Shown here: in pieces, positions 18,098-26,797 of the stretch
Layout: each line of letters starts with the position of its first letter
How positions within the stretch are numbered: the first letter of the stretch is position 1
Source of the DNA: a virus
Lineage: Duplodnaviria > Caudoviricetes
Direction: 5' to 3' (one strand)
Virus record (IMG/VR): IMGVR_UViG_3300044259_000239
Coordinates: 1 to 36,322 of that record
DNA length: 36,322 nt
Made by a program: the position numbers and the translations under genes
The notes under the pieces: generated by a model
The model's database searches: none
What the model saw: only the letters and a program-made list of their open reading frames with translations
Told to the model about the DNA's origin: nothing

Positions 18098-19623
18098 TGA
18101 AAAGAGAGGATAAAGAAAGTATTGAACGATATCTTAAGAAAATTGCTCTCATTCAATCCTCTGGAAAAGCCTTTTTTAAATTCGAGACACCGGAAGAACG
18201 TAAACAAAACATAGCCAGAGCAAAAAAAGATATAAAATATTGTGTTGAACGATATTTCCCGCACTATGCAACTGCCGAATGCGCACCCTTTCAAATCTAC
18301 TGGGCAAACAAGGTATTAAAAGACCCAGGTTTTACTGGTTTTGCAAAATGGGGTCGAGGTTTGGCTAAATCAGTTTGGAACAACGTAATTATTCCTTTCT
18401 GGATTTGGTTGAATGAAGGCGATAATTATTTTGTATTAATTTCTGTATCAGAAAAAAGAGCTGTAAGGCTTCTCGAAGATATCAGAGCGGAATTTGAAGC
18501 GAATCCCCAAATCATAGCAGATTTTGGAGAACAAAAAAATCTTGGAAGCTGGGACGAAACTTTGTGGGTTACCAAAAGCGGTTTTATTGGGCAAGCTTTA
18601 GGTTTTGGACAAAGCTGTCGTGGCTTACGTGTTGGGGCAAAAAGACCTAAACAATACAATATTGATGATCTTGAAACAAAGCAGACCATTAAAAATGAAA
18701 AGCGCCAGGATGAAATGGTCGAGTATGTCGAAGAAGAACTTTTGCCATCTATGGACGGTGAAGCGGAAAGGCTTACTATTTCCAACAACTGGTTTGCACC
18801 AAAAATGTTTGTTAAAACTTTATCTGCCAAGCACCCTGATTGGTTTGTACACGAGGTTAAAGCTTACGACAAAGTAACCTATGAAGCTACATGGACAAGT
18901 AAGTATAAACCTGGTTACTATAAACGCAAAGAACAAAAGATGGGTATTTCTGCCGCTCACGCAGAATACAACCATGAACCCAAATTAAAGGGAGGCAAAC
19001 ACTTTAAATCTGAATATATTCAATGGAAGAAATTACCTCGAATTGATCATTTTAAAGTCATTACTGGCCATTGGGATATTGCTTACGCAGGAAACGACAC
19101 ATCAGATTATAATGCTGTAAGGGTTTGGGGACTTAAGGACATGGACTTTTCATTAATTGATTGTTTTGTCAAGCAGACAAAGATGGCTCCAGCTGTAAAG
19201 TGGATGTGTGATTATCAGAAAAGCTTACCAAATGGGGTTGTCGTCCTATGGCGTGCAGAATCTCAATTTTGGAATGATGAAGTAAAGAGAACTATTAGTG
19301 AAGTTCAAGTAGAAGAAGGTGTCACACTTAACATAACACTTGTCTATAATAAACGTAAAAAATATGATAAGATATTGTTTGAGCTTGAAAGCCGATATCA
19401 GAACGGACGTATCTACTATAATGAAAAATTAAAAAGCCATGCAGATACAGAAGTCGGCCTGCAACAATTGTATGGTATTGAACCAGGATACACTGGTAAA
19501 GATGATTCACCAGATGCAGATGCCGAAGCAATTGGATTTTTATCAAAGCATATTGCCGTCACAGGTTCAGGTTCCGGTCAATATCAAAGTGGGAATTATA
19601 AACCATCTAATAATGTAATATAA
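18097..19623 (+). CDS. Terminase large subunit
   Basis: WGRGLAKS (Walker A), RGLR, NIDDLE (Walker B), HWDIAY and DDSPDA nuclease motifs. Confidence 0.92.
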   Translation: MKREDKESIERYLKKIALIQSSGKAFFKFETPEERKQNIARAKKDIKYCVERYFPHYATAECAPFQIYWANKVLKDPGFTGFAKWGRGLAKSVWNNVIIPFWIWLNEGDNYFVLISVSEKRAVRLLEDIRAEFEANPQIIADFGEQKNLGSWDETLWVTKSGFIGQALGFGQSCRGLRVGAKRPKQYNIDDLETKQTIKNEKRQDEMVEYVEEELLPSMDGEAERLTISNNWFAPKMFVKTLSAKHPDWFVHEVKAYDKVTYEATWTSKYKPGYYKRKEQKMGISAAHAEYNHEPKLKGGKHFKSEYIQWKKLPRIDHFKVITGHWDIAYAGNDTSDYNAVRVWGLKDMDFSLIDCFVKQTKMAPAVKWMCDYQKSLPNGVVVLWRAESQFWNDEVKRTISEVQVEEGVTLNITLVYNKRKKYDKILFELESRYQNGRIYYNEKLKSHADTEVGLQQLYGIEPGYTGKDDSPDADAEAIGFLSKHIAVTGSGSGQYQSGNYKPSNNVI

Positions 19624-19625
19624 TC

Positions 19626-20051
19626 ATGATATATATTGAAAAAGACGACTTAGTAACTGATACTTACGAGCGCTTTATTGACGAAAGCACTAAAGATAAA
19701 CCAGGAACAATTGATAAAACCGAATTAAAAACAATCGAATTTGTCAAGACAACTATCGGAACCAGGTATAACGTTGATTTGATCTTTGCGGCTGGACAAC
19801 CAATAAAAAACGAAATGTTGATTCAAATTATATCTAGAATCGTTGCATATCGATTAATTAAAAGAAATGCTTCTCGAAAAGTTCCTACTGATTTTAAAGA
19901 AGATTATGACGAGGCTATTGAGTGGTTAAATGATATCTCAATAGGCAAACTAAAACTTAAAGGTCTACCACTTCCAGTCGATGAAAATGGAACACCCACA
20001 AATAGTACAGCCCTTTGGGGAAATAATTCAAATCCGAATTTTTATATATGA
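19626..20051 (+). CDS. Mu gp36-like (DUF1320) head-tail adaptor
   Basis: IVAYRL...DYDEAIEWLNDISIGK motif. Confidence 0.8.
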   Translation: MIYIEKDDLVTDTYERFIDESTKDKPGTIDKTELKTIEFVKTTIGTRYNVDLIFAAGQPIKNEMLIQIISRIVAYRLIKRNASRKVPTDFKEDYDEAIEWLNDISIGKLKLKGLPLPVDENGTPTNSTALWGNNSNPNFYI

Positions 20052-21325
20052 AAAATTTCTTTTTACAAACATATCAAACCGTTGAAAAGTTCGTTATAGA
20101 AAATGCGAATTATGACACTTTAAGAGTGGCTGCGGTTTCAAAATCTCAAAAAAAATCAATCTCCAGTCAGCTTCAGTATGAATCTGAATCGATGCAGCGA
20201 CAAACTTTAAAGGAATGGACATCTGCCATTAATGCTGCAACCGATCCAGAAAATCCAGACAGAACAGGATTAGAAGCACTATACAAAAATTTAATGCTTG
20301 ATAACCACTTGGCATCAATTATCGATAGTAGAATTCTATTTTGTCAACGTTCGTCATTTAAGATAGTTAATGAAAAAGGCGATGAAAATTTAGATGTTTC
20401 GTGGTTATTTGAAAGAACATGGTTTGAAGAGTTCATAAAACTTGTTTTAATGAAGCGCTTTGAAGGCACTAAGTTGATTGAATTATTTGATATTAATCCC
20501 GAAACAGCTGAATTAAGTACTGTTGATGAAATTGAAATGTCCCACTTTATACCTCATAAGGGATTAATAACTAAAGCATCTGGTGACAGCAACGGATGGC
20601 TGTATAAAGAAGGTGCTTACAAACCTTTTTATATTCAAGTTGGAAAAGACAAAGAATTAGGTATGCTTGCTCAAATGGCACCTATAATCTTGGCTAAGAA
20701 ACTAGGCCTTGGTTCCTGGCTTGATTTTATTGAAAAATATGGTGTACCAGCATTGTTTATTACTACAGATCGTGAGGACGATCAGAGACTAAAAGAATTG
20801 TTCGAAGCTGCTAGTAACTTTAAAGGAAACGGTTTCATGGTTGGGCGTGGGAATGAAAAGTTTGAGATTGGAAAAAGTGAAGGCGGAAACGCAGATAACT
20901 TTGACAAGCTGGTTGAACGCGCAAACAGTGAAATGTCAAAACGTATTTTGGGAGGTTCAGGTTTAACAGATGAAAAAAGCTTTGTAGGCAGTTCAGAAAT
21001 ACAATTTCGTTTAGCAAAAGATCGTTTCGAAAGTGATAAACTATTGGTGAAAAATATCATTAACGAACAACTTATTCCGCGCTTGATAAAACTAAGCCCG
21101 GTTTATTCAGTGTTGCAAGGTCACTATTTTGAATGGGATAATACTACAACGCAGACTCCTAAAGAAGTAGCTGAGATATTAGCTATTTTGGCGGATCTTT
21201 TCGAGCTTGACCCAGAAGAAGTAAGCCAAAAAACAGGCTTCAAAATATTAGGTCAAAAAAGCAATGTACTTCCTACTTCTGAGCCAACAGAAGAGGATAA
21301 AAAAAAAAGCTTGATAAAGAAGTAA
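20048..21325 (+). CDS. Portal protein (Mu gp29/DUF935-like)
   Basis: DNHLASII, WLDFIEKYGVP and ANSEMSKRILG motifs. Confidence 0.9.
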   Translation: MKNFFLQTYQTVEKFVIENANYDTLRVAAVSKSQKKSISSQLQYESESMQRQTLKEWTSAINAATDPENPDRTGLEALYKNLMLDNHLASIIDSRILFCQRSSFKIVNEKGDENLDVSWLFERTWFEEFIKLVLMKRFEGTKLIELFDINPETAELSTVDEIEMSHFIPHKGLITKASGDSNGWLYKEGAYKPFYIQVGKDKELGMLAQMAPIILAKKLGLGSWLDFIEKYGVPALFITTDREDDQRLKELFEAASNFKGNGFMVGRGNEKFEIGKSEGGNADNFDKLVERANSEMSKRILGGSGLTDEKSFVGSSEIQFRLAKDRFESDKLLVKNIINEQLIPRLIKLSPVYSVLQGHYFEWDNTTTQTPKEVAEILAILADLFELDPEEVSQKTGFKILGQKSNVLPTSEPTEEDKKKSLIKK

Positions 21326-21387
21326 CTGCAATCTACAATGATATACAAGCTACTTATCACGCAGAGGATTGTGGTTGTCAATCATGT

Positions 21388-22656
21388 ATGACTGATAATT
21401 TCGCGGCTGTAGATTTAAGCAGTTATGATACTTTAATTGATAAAATAGCGCATGACCTGCATTCAGGAAAACTAAAGCCAGAACTTTTAAATCAAGAACT
21501 GATATCTAAAACATACAATGATTTAGCTTCCGGTGCTAAGGTTGGTTATGGTAAAAAATGGGATACATTCCCTGGTGACGGAAAAGGGTCTTTACCTAAC
21601 GAACTTAAAAAGAATTTATATGTCTTTTCTGGTGCAAAATCCTACGCTCAATTAGAGGACTTAAATCGTTTACTTTATGACCAAAACGGTAAAATAAGAC
21701 CTTTTAATGAGTTTTCAGTTTATGCCAAAAAGAACAACAGGGAGTACAATGTGAACTTTTTGCAATCTGAATATCAAACGGCTCTGACTGCGGCGCAAAT
21801 GGCGCAAAAATGGGAAAAATTACAAGAAACAAAAGACCTTTTTCCAAATCTTAAATATAGAAGTGTTGGAGATAATCGAGTACGTCCAGAACATGAAAAG
21901 TTAAACGGGATAATCAGACCTATTGACGATCCTTTTTGGTCTAAATATTATCCTCCTTTGGACTGGCGCTGTCGATGTGATGTTGTCGCAACTGCTGAGG
22001 ATACAACGGGCAAAGATGATGATGATTTACCAGAACCAACTTTTAAAGGTAATGTAGGAAAAGATAAAGAGATTTTCACAAAGAAAGGTTCGTTTTTTAA
22101 ACTTTTAAATACAAGTAAAAATGCTACACGAAACGTTGAATTGTCAAAATTAAATGCTCCAACTGAAACTGTATTCAAAGCTAAAAACGGTAAAAAAGTT
22201 GAAGCGAGTATTTATGCACATGAAACCGATCTACAAGATAACATAGCTATTGGAAAAATTATAGCCGATCAGTTAAAGTTTGATGTTCTAATCCGAACTC
22301 ATTTAGATACAAATATCGCAATAGGCCAAAAGAACGGTGAATATTTTATCAATGGCAATCTTTCGGATTTAAAATCAAATTTCAAAAAAGATAACTATAA
22401 ATCTATAAATAGTGCCTTCAAGGCTGCTAGAGATCAAAATTTGCAAAGTATCGTTTTTGACTTTACAAAATCTTTCGCTGATCTAAATTTAATAGAGGTC
22501 AATCGCTGGGTGTTAAGTAACATAAATAAGGAAAGAGGAAAACAGTTTAAAGAAATTATACTGATTTACAATAAAAAAGCGGTTCGAGTAACCAGGGAAT
22601 CCATATTAAAAAAGGAGCTTATAAAGGAGCTAGAAAAGCTAAAAGCCAACTCGTGA
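21388..22656 (+). CDS. MuF minor head protein with C-terminal extension resembling a PD-(D/E)xK / CdiA-type nuclease
   Basis: YRSVGDNRVRPEH and YPPLDWRCRC MuF motifs; C-terminal EYFINGNLSDLK...KAARDQ...IVFD. Frame is open upstream to 21301. Confidence 0.85.
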   Translation: MTDNFAAVDLSSYDTLIDKIAHDLHSGKLKPELLNQELISKTYNDLASGAKVGYGKKWDTFPGDGKGSLPNELKKNLYVFSGAKSYAQLEDLNRLLYDQNGKIRPFNEFSVYAKKNNREYNVNFLQSEYQTALTAAQMAQKWEKLQETKDLFPNLKYRSVGDNRVRPEHEKLNGIIRPIDDPFWSKYYPPLDWRCRCDVVATAEDTTGKDDDDLPEPTFKGNVGKDKEIFTKKGSFFKLLNTSKNATRNVELSKLNAPTETVFKAKNGKKVEASIYAHETDLQDNIAIGKIIADQLKFDVLIRTHLDTNIAIGQKNGEYFINGNLSDLKSNFKKDNYKSINSAFKAARDQNLQSIVFDFTKSFADLNLIEVNRWVLSNINKERGKQFKEIILIYNKKAVRVTRESILKKELIKELEKLKANS

Positions 22657-22670
22657 GAATTGGCTTTTAG
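22640..22670 (-). terminator. Hairpin/intrinsic terminator overlapping the MuF stop
   Basis: taaaagccaa...ttggctttta inverted repeat; U-rich tail on the minus strand. Confidence 0.6.
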
Positions 22671-22704
22671 GTAGAGGATTGCAATTGCTCGCGCTCCTCG
22701 ATTG

Positions 22705-22737
22705 CAAATATATAAAAAATGTCAAACAAAATCCAAA
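22705..22737 (-). promoter_or_regulatory. Bacteroidota sigma70-type promoter, antisense to the head operon
   Basis: Minus strand TTTG (22737-22734), N21, TATATTTG (22712-22705). Confidence 0.6.
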
Positions 22738-23216
22738 TACCCGATTTTTTCGCAATTGCTGAAGGTTTAAAAACCGACGCCAGGCGTTATGCAAAAGTAT
22801 TCTGTCTGCAATGGTTCGATGATAGTTTCCAGAATCAAGGTTTTACCGATGCAGGTTTTCAGGCTTGGGAAAAGAGGAAAGAACCTGATCGCCGTTCCGG
22901 TGGTGCAATATTGATCGATACTACTTTTTTGCGTAAAAGTTTATCTGTTCTGGCTGAAAATAGAGATAAAATCCAATTCGGAACCCACGCACCTTACGCG
23001 TCATTGCATAACAACGGTGAACGAATGAGGGTTATTCAAAATGTTCGTGCTCACAGCAGAACCCGAAAAGGCAAAAGAGAACAAGTCAAAGCACACAAAA
23101 GGAAAATTGATACGAAGTACCCAAAACGTCAATTTATCGGAAAAAGCGAAAAAATGATGTCTGAGTTAGATAAATGGCTTTTAAACCAAATTTCAATACG
23201 ATTTAAACAACAATAA
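22719..23216 (+). CDS. Phage virion morphogenesis protein (Mu gpG / tail completion S-like)
   Basis: ILIDTTFLRKS, PYASLHNNG and PKRQFIG motifs. Confidence 0.85.
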   Translation: MSNKIQIPDFFAIAEGLKTDARRYAKVFCLQWFDDSFQNQGFTDAGFQAWEKRKEPDRRSGGAILIDTTFLRKSLSVLAENRDKIQFGTHAPYASLHNNGERMRVIQNVRAHSRTRKGKREQVKAHKRKIDTKYPKRQFIGKSEKMMSELDKWLLNQISIRFKQQ

Positions 23217-23217
23217 A

Positions 23218-23730
23218 ATGTCAATATTTAAAGTACTATACCTGGAATTATCCGAGTTGATTACAACCCAAATCCCCGAAATACAATGGTGTGATTTATG
23301 GAACTCACAAGTTTACAATTTAGAAAATGAACATCCGTTCCCTGCGCCAGCCGTATTTTTAGCTTTTCGCAGCAATCGTGTTGAGGATACAGGAGTTAAA
23401 ACACAAAATGTGCAATTGCAAGTTGATGTTTTTCTGTTTTATGAAACTTTCGCAGACACCTATAGTGGAGCTTTCAACCAGACGGAAGCTCTACAGTTTC
23501 TCGACATGTTGGACAGTATTAATAAACTGCTACATGCAAGTACCGGTAATTCGTATAGTAACATGAAAAGAGTTTCATTCTCACCAATTGACACAGGTGG
23601 CGCGGGAAATCTTTATAATATCATGTATAATTGCGAAATTATGGATTATACGGCTGTGAAGGAATGGGATCAGGGCAAATTTTCCGATTTGCAGATTGAC
23701 CCAAATATTGACAATAAGTATGTAGTTTAA
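23218..23730 (+). CDS. Tail terminator-like (Mu gp37-like) protein
   Basis: IQWCDLWNSQ...PFPAPAVFLAF; position. Confidence 0.65.
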   Translation: MSIFKVLYLELSELITTQIPEIQWCDLWNSQVYNLENEHPFPAPAVFLAFRSNRVEDTGVKTQNVQLQVDVFLFYETFADTYSGAFNQTEALQFLDMLDSINKLLHASTGNSYSNMKRVSFSPIDTGGAGNLYNIMYNCEIMDYTAVKEWDQGKFSDLQIDPNIDNKYVV

Positions 23731-23945
23731 GAAAACAGATCTGTTTGGTTATTGATGCTGTAATTCACCCTGTTGAAAACGATATTTTCAACAGTTTTTG
23801 TAGCTCTGTAGTATTTTTTAGCTACATAATTTAAAATGTATTCAGTAGAGTATTTTTGTACGCCAAACTCGCGAACATTACTCATTTTATCAAATTCTTT
23901 TTTGATATCTATATGTAAACGAACGGTATTTGCTTTAACTGCCAT
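23727..23945 (-). CDS. Small HTH protein, candidate Mor/C-like late activator
   Basis: ILNYVAKKYYRATKTVENIV HTH-like segment. Start moved to ATG 23945 because a TAATTTTG -7 box lies at 23958-23951. Confidence 0.55.
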   Translation of the reverse strand: MAVKANTVRLHIDIKKEFDKMSNVREFGVQKYSTEYILNYVAKKYYRATKTVENIVFNRVNYSINNQTDLFS

Positions 23946-23974
23946 AAAAGCAAAATTATAAAAGTTTTTGACAT

Positions 23975-24007
23975 AAAAAAAGCCCACTTTCTAGGTGGAC
24001 TTTTTTT
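23975..24007 (-). terminator. Intrinsic terminator ending the early/moron transcripts
   Basis: Minus strand AGTCCAC-CTAGAAA-GTGGGCT followed by a T run. Confidence 0.8.
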
Positions 24008-24021
24008 AATTTAATAATCAA

Positions 24022-24519
24022 TTATGATTCTTTTATTCTCACAATTTCTCTTTTGATTTCTTTAATTCTATATTGCAATTCTTCATTAAGAGAAGGGTCA
24101 ATTTTTATTGCATTCTCGCATGCTGATATTGCGTTATTATAGTGAACTTCTGATTTAACTATATAATCATTTCCTGTTTTATAACGGAAAATTATGCTAG
24201 CCAGTTCTTTTTCTGCTAGTGCCAAATATTTAAAAGCTGTAGCGTCATTAGGGTTATTATTTAGAATAGTATTTAAGTCGACAATTGCTGTTTTAAAATA
24301 TTCTACAGGTGCATTTGCTGTTAAGGATGATTTTACTCTAATCCATCGAGCTTCAGGACTTATACCATTTAACTCTATTGCTTTTGTAGCATTATCATAT
24401 GCTTTACGATACATACCAGATTCAAAGGCCCTTTGAGCGTTAGAATAAAATGAATTAAAATCTTGTGCTTTGGCAAATGATACAACCAATAGCAGTATCC
24501 CTATAAATACTTTTTTCAT
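24022..24519 (-). CDS. Exported TPR protein (moron-like)
   Basis: Signal peptide MKKVFIGILLLVVSFAKA; TPR-like helices (AYDNATKAIELN, CENAIKIDP). Confidence 0.75.
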   Translation of the reverse strand: MKKVFIGILLLVVSFAKAQDFNSFYSNAQRAFESGMYRKAYDNATKAIELNGISPEARWIRVKSSLTANAPVEYFKTAIVDLNTILNNNPNDATAFKYLALAEKELASIIFRYKTGNDYIVKSEVHYNNAISACENAIKIDPSLNEELQYRIKEIKREIVRIKES

Positions 24520-24530
24520 AACCTTAAATT

Positions 24531-24734
24531 TTACTCAAATAAACAAAAAAACATAATATAAAGGCAAAATAAGTAAAGAATTATTGTGTCTATAATCATT
24601 TGTCTATAAATTTTTATTTGCTCTTTTTTGTACTGAGCTATTGTTTTCCAATACTCAGCTTCATGTTGGTTTCTAATTTTCTGATGTTCAAAAACTAAAT
24701 TCCATTTAATATTCTCTTGCTCTTCAGATATCAT
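24531..24734 (-). CDS. Small protein with C-terminal TM helix
   Basis: 67 aa; TAACTTTG -7 box at 24746-24739 just upstream. Confidence 0.5.
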   Translation of the reverse strand: MISEEQENIKWNLVFEHQKIRNQHEAEYWKTIAQYKKEQIKIYRQMIIDTIILYLFCLYIMFFCLFE

Positions 24735-24778
24735 TACTCAAAGTTAAAATGTTGTGTAATTTTATTTTACGGAAATCC

Positions 24779-25000
24779 TTACTCTGAAGAAATTATTTTG
24801 GTTCCTTTAAACGGTATTAGATACGCCGCTTTAGGTTTGCCCTTTCTGTTTTTTTCGTAAAACATGATAGAATCATTTACGAATGTGATTTTATCCGTGT
24901 AATAAGACCTTTCTTTTGTTACCAATTTATAGTTTGTTGAAATGTAGGTCTTACATGATAAAAAGAATAATGCCAGTATTATTATTAAAATTGTTCTCAT
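24779..25000 (-). CDS. Small lipoprotein
   Basis: MRTILIIILALFFLS-C lipobox. Confidence 0.6.
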   Translation of the reverse strand: MRTILIIILALFFLSCKTYISTNYKLVTKERSYYTDKITFVNDSIMFYEKNRKGKPKAAYLIPFKGTKIISSE

Positions 25001-25011
25001 AGTGTATTAGA

Positions 25012-25317
25012 TTAAAAATTAAAGGGGTTAAACTCTTTGCCGTTATCTGTGACAACAGCAACTAAACGGTCAGTATCTCCCTGAGAGGTCAAGTGCCAGA
25101 TTTCGACTTTCTTCTGATCTTCAGATAAAACTGCCCTGTAAAAATCTTCAGCAAGTCCGACTGACTTTCTAGGGATGTCTTTAAGCTTATCTCTAAATGA
25201 TTCCGCACAATATAAAAGTGAAAGATTACTATTTTCAAAGGAATCTCTGAGTTTTTGAACGACAGAGCTTTCGTAGTATTTGCTTTTATAGGACTTTATT
25301 TCTATTTGTAATGACAT
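25012..25317 (-). CDS. Hypothetical protein
   Basis: 101-aa ORF in the early operon. Confidence 0.6.
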   Translation of the reverse strand: MSLQIEIKSYKSKYYESSVVQKLRDSFENSNLSLLYCAESFRDKLKDIPRKSVGLAEDFYRAVLSEDQKKVEIWHLTSQGDTDRLVAVVTDNGKEFNPFNF

Positions 25318-25328
25318 GATATTTTTTT

Positions 25329-25625
25329 TTAAGTGAATTCTAAATATTCATTTCTCTTGACTATGGTTGTTTTAAATGGAAATTTATCTTCAGGAACTTT
25401 CTTGATAGTTTGTATTAAAACTGTAGCTCCGGTGAACACAACCCTTTTACGGCCATCATACTCAATCTGTAAAGTCAAATAATCGGAGTTGGCTTTCTTT
25501 TTTGACGGTTCCACTTTGTAGGCGTGTACCACTATCAACACATTCAGTATTTCGTCTATCTTGATGCTTTTTCCTGCGAAGTGCGTTACTTCGCTTTGTA
25601 TTCCTAAATCTGAAAAATTGGTCAT
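25329..25625 (-). CDS. Small beta-rich protein after the RT, candidate DGR accessory factor
   Basis: 98 aa, overlaps the RT 3' end by 164 nt; alternating hydrophobic strands, unlike helical Avd. Confidence 0.6.
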   Translation of the reverse strand: MTNFSDLGIQSEVTHFAGKSIKIDEILNVLIVVHAYKVEPSKKKANSDYLTLQIEYDGRKRVVFTGATVLIQTIKKVPEDKFPFKTTIVKRNEYLEFT

Positions 25626-26571
25626 TTGGATTTATTTTTTTTAATAGGTGTTTGGAATTACAGTGTTTTATCCATCCCATATAAGCAGCGATAACCGCAG
25701 GATCTTTTTTTGTAAAGGCTTTTGCTGCCCGTTTTTTTATTGATTTACGCAGTTTTGTATGGGTGTGGTAAAAGACATAACCAACAAAGTCAATTCCTCT
25801 TTTATCCACTGGAAAAACCTGGTAATTATCTTTAACCTTAAGTTTTAAATGAGTGTTTAAATACTGTTTAATGGCTGATAAAATATGGTGAAGTTGTATT
25901 TTGCTGTTTGACAGGATTACGATATCGTCAGCATATCTGAAGTAATACTTTATCCTTTGGTCTTCCTTTATCCAGTGATCAAAACCGGTTAGATAGAAAT
26001 TAGCAAAATACTGGCTTAAATAGTTCCCAATTGGTATTCCCTCCGCACTGTCTATAATTTCATCCAGTAGCCACAACAAATCACGATCTTTAAACTTTCG
26101 CCGTAGAAGATTTTTTAAAATATGGTGATTAATTGATGGGTAGAACTTGGTTATATCGAGCTTTAAACAGTAGGTTGTTCCAGGAACATCGGCCAAAGCT
26201 TTCTTTACAGCTTTGGCGGCCGAATGTATTCCCTTTCCTTTTATTGAACTGTAGGTATCAGTTGTAAATAACTTTGTAAATATTGGCTCTAAAATGTTCA
26301 TTACAGCGTGGTGAGTTATGCGGTCTGGAAAGAATTGCAGTTTTGAAACTATTCGTTCTTTCGGTTCGTAAACCTTGAAATTCGAATAAACCGAAGTTTC
26401 ATAAGTTTTGTTCTTCAGCATTTCGTGAAGCTTCAAAATATTGCTTTCCTGGTTCCTGTTATGAATGATAACCCCTTTTTGTTTTGACTTCCCTTTCTGT
26501 GCTCTTTTATCAGCAAGCTGAAGATTGTCAATACTTATTATTTTGCTGTACAGATTATTGTATCTTTTCAA
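25462..26571 (-). CDS. DGR reverse transcriptase
   Basis: PKER, DRITHHA, KGKGIH, LKLDITKFYPSI, GIPIGNYLSQ (DGR signature), RYADD, GIDFVGY; TTG start. Confidence 0.95.
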   Translation of the reverse strand: MKRYNNLYSKIISIDNLQLADKRAQKGKSKQKGVIIHNRNQESNILKLHEMLKNKTYETSVYSNFKVYEPKERIVSKLQFFPDRITHHAVMNILEPIFTKLFTTDTYSSIKGKGIHSAAKAVKKALADVPGTTYCLKLDITKFYPSINHHILKNLLRRKFKDRDLLWLLDEIIDSAEGIPIGNYLSQYFANFYLTGFDHWIKEDQRIKYYFRYADDIVILSNSKIQLHHILSAIKQYLNTHLKLKVKDNYQVFPVDKRGIDFVGYVFYHTHTKLRKSIKKRAAKAFTKKDPAVIAAYMGWIKHCNSKHLLKKINPNDQFFRFRNTKRSNALRRKKHQDRRNTECVDSGTRLQSGTVKKESQLRLFDFTD

Positions 26572-26797
26572 AGCCTTTGTATTATTGGGTCACTTTCTTT
26601 ACAAGAACAGAATACTAATGACCCGTTAAAAATTGTGTTTTTTTGCCCTGTTGGCACGGTCTGCATTGAATTAATATTTTTACATGGTGGGAGCTGCAGT
26701 TCGTATTCGTGTTCCAGTTATCGACATTGTTCAACGACCAGCCCGAAGAGGGAGAACGACACAAAAACCACAGCATTCAACGCACGACCTTTTTATT
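26572..26797 (-). ncRNA. DGR template RNA region (leader, TR, structured spacer)
   Basis: Non-coding gap containing TR and hairpins GGGTCA/TGACCC (26587-26624) and TGCC/GGCA (26644-26656). Confidence 0.7.
26686..26756 (-). repeat. Template repeat (TR), 71 nt
   Basis: Minus strand ...TTG AAC AAT GTC GAT AAC TGG AAC ACG AAT ACG AAC TGC AGC TCC CAC C; AAY-rich, 17 adenines. Confidence 0.95.

Noticed and set aside
23946-23987. N-terminal extension MGFFYVKNFYNFAF of the HTH gene
   Set aside because: Overlaps the terminator and the -7 box; ATG 23945 is more plausible.
25329-25642. Frameshift fusion of RT to the downstream 98-aa ORF
   Set aside because: Both shifted frames at the A8 tract reach stop codons rather than joining the ORF.
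25462-26571. RT as group II intron, retron or Abi RT
   Set aside because: Has the DGR SQ signature and an adjacent TR/VR set; no intron or msr-msd features seen.
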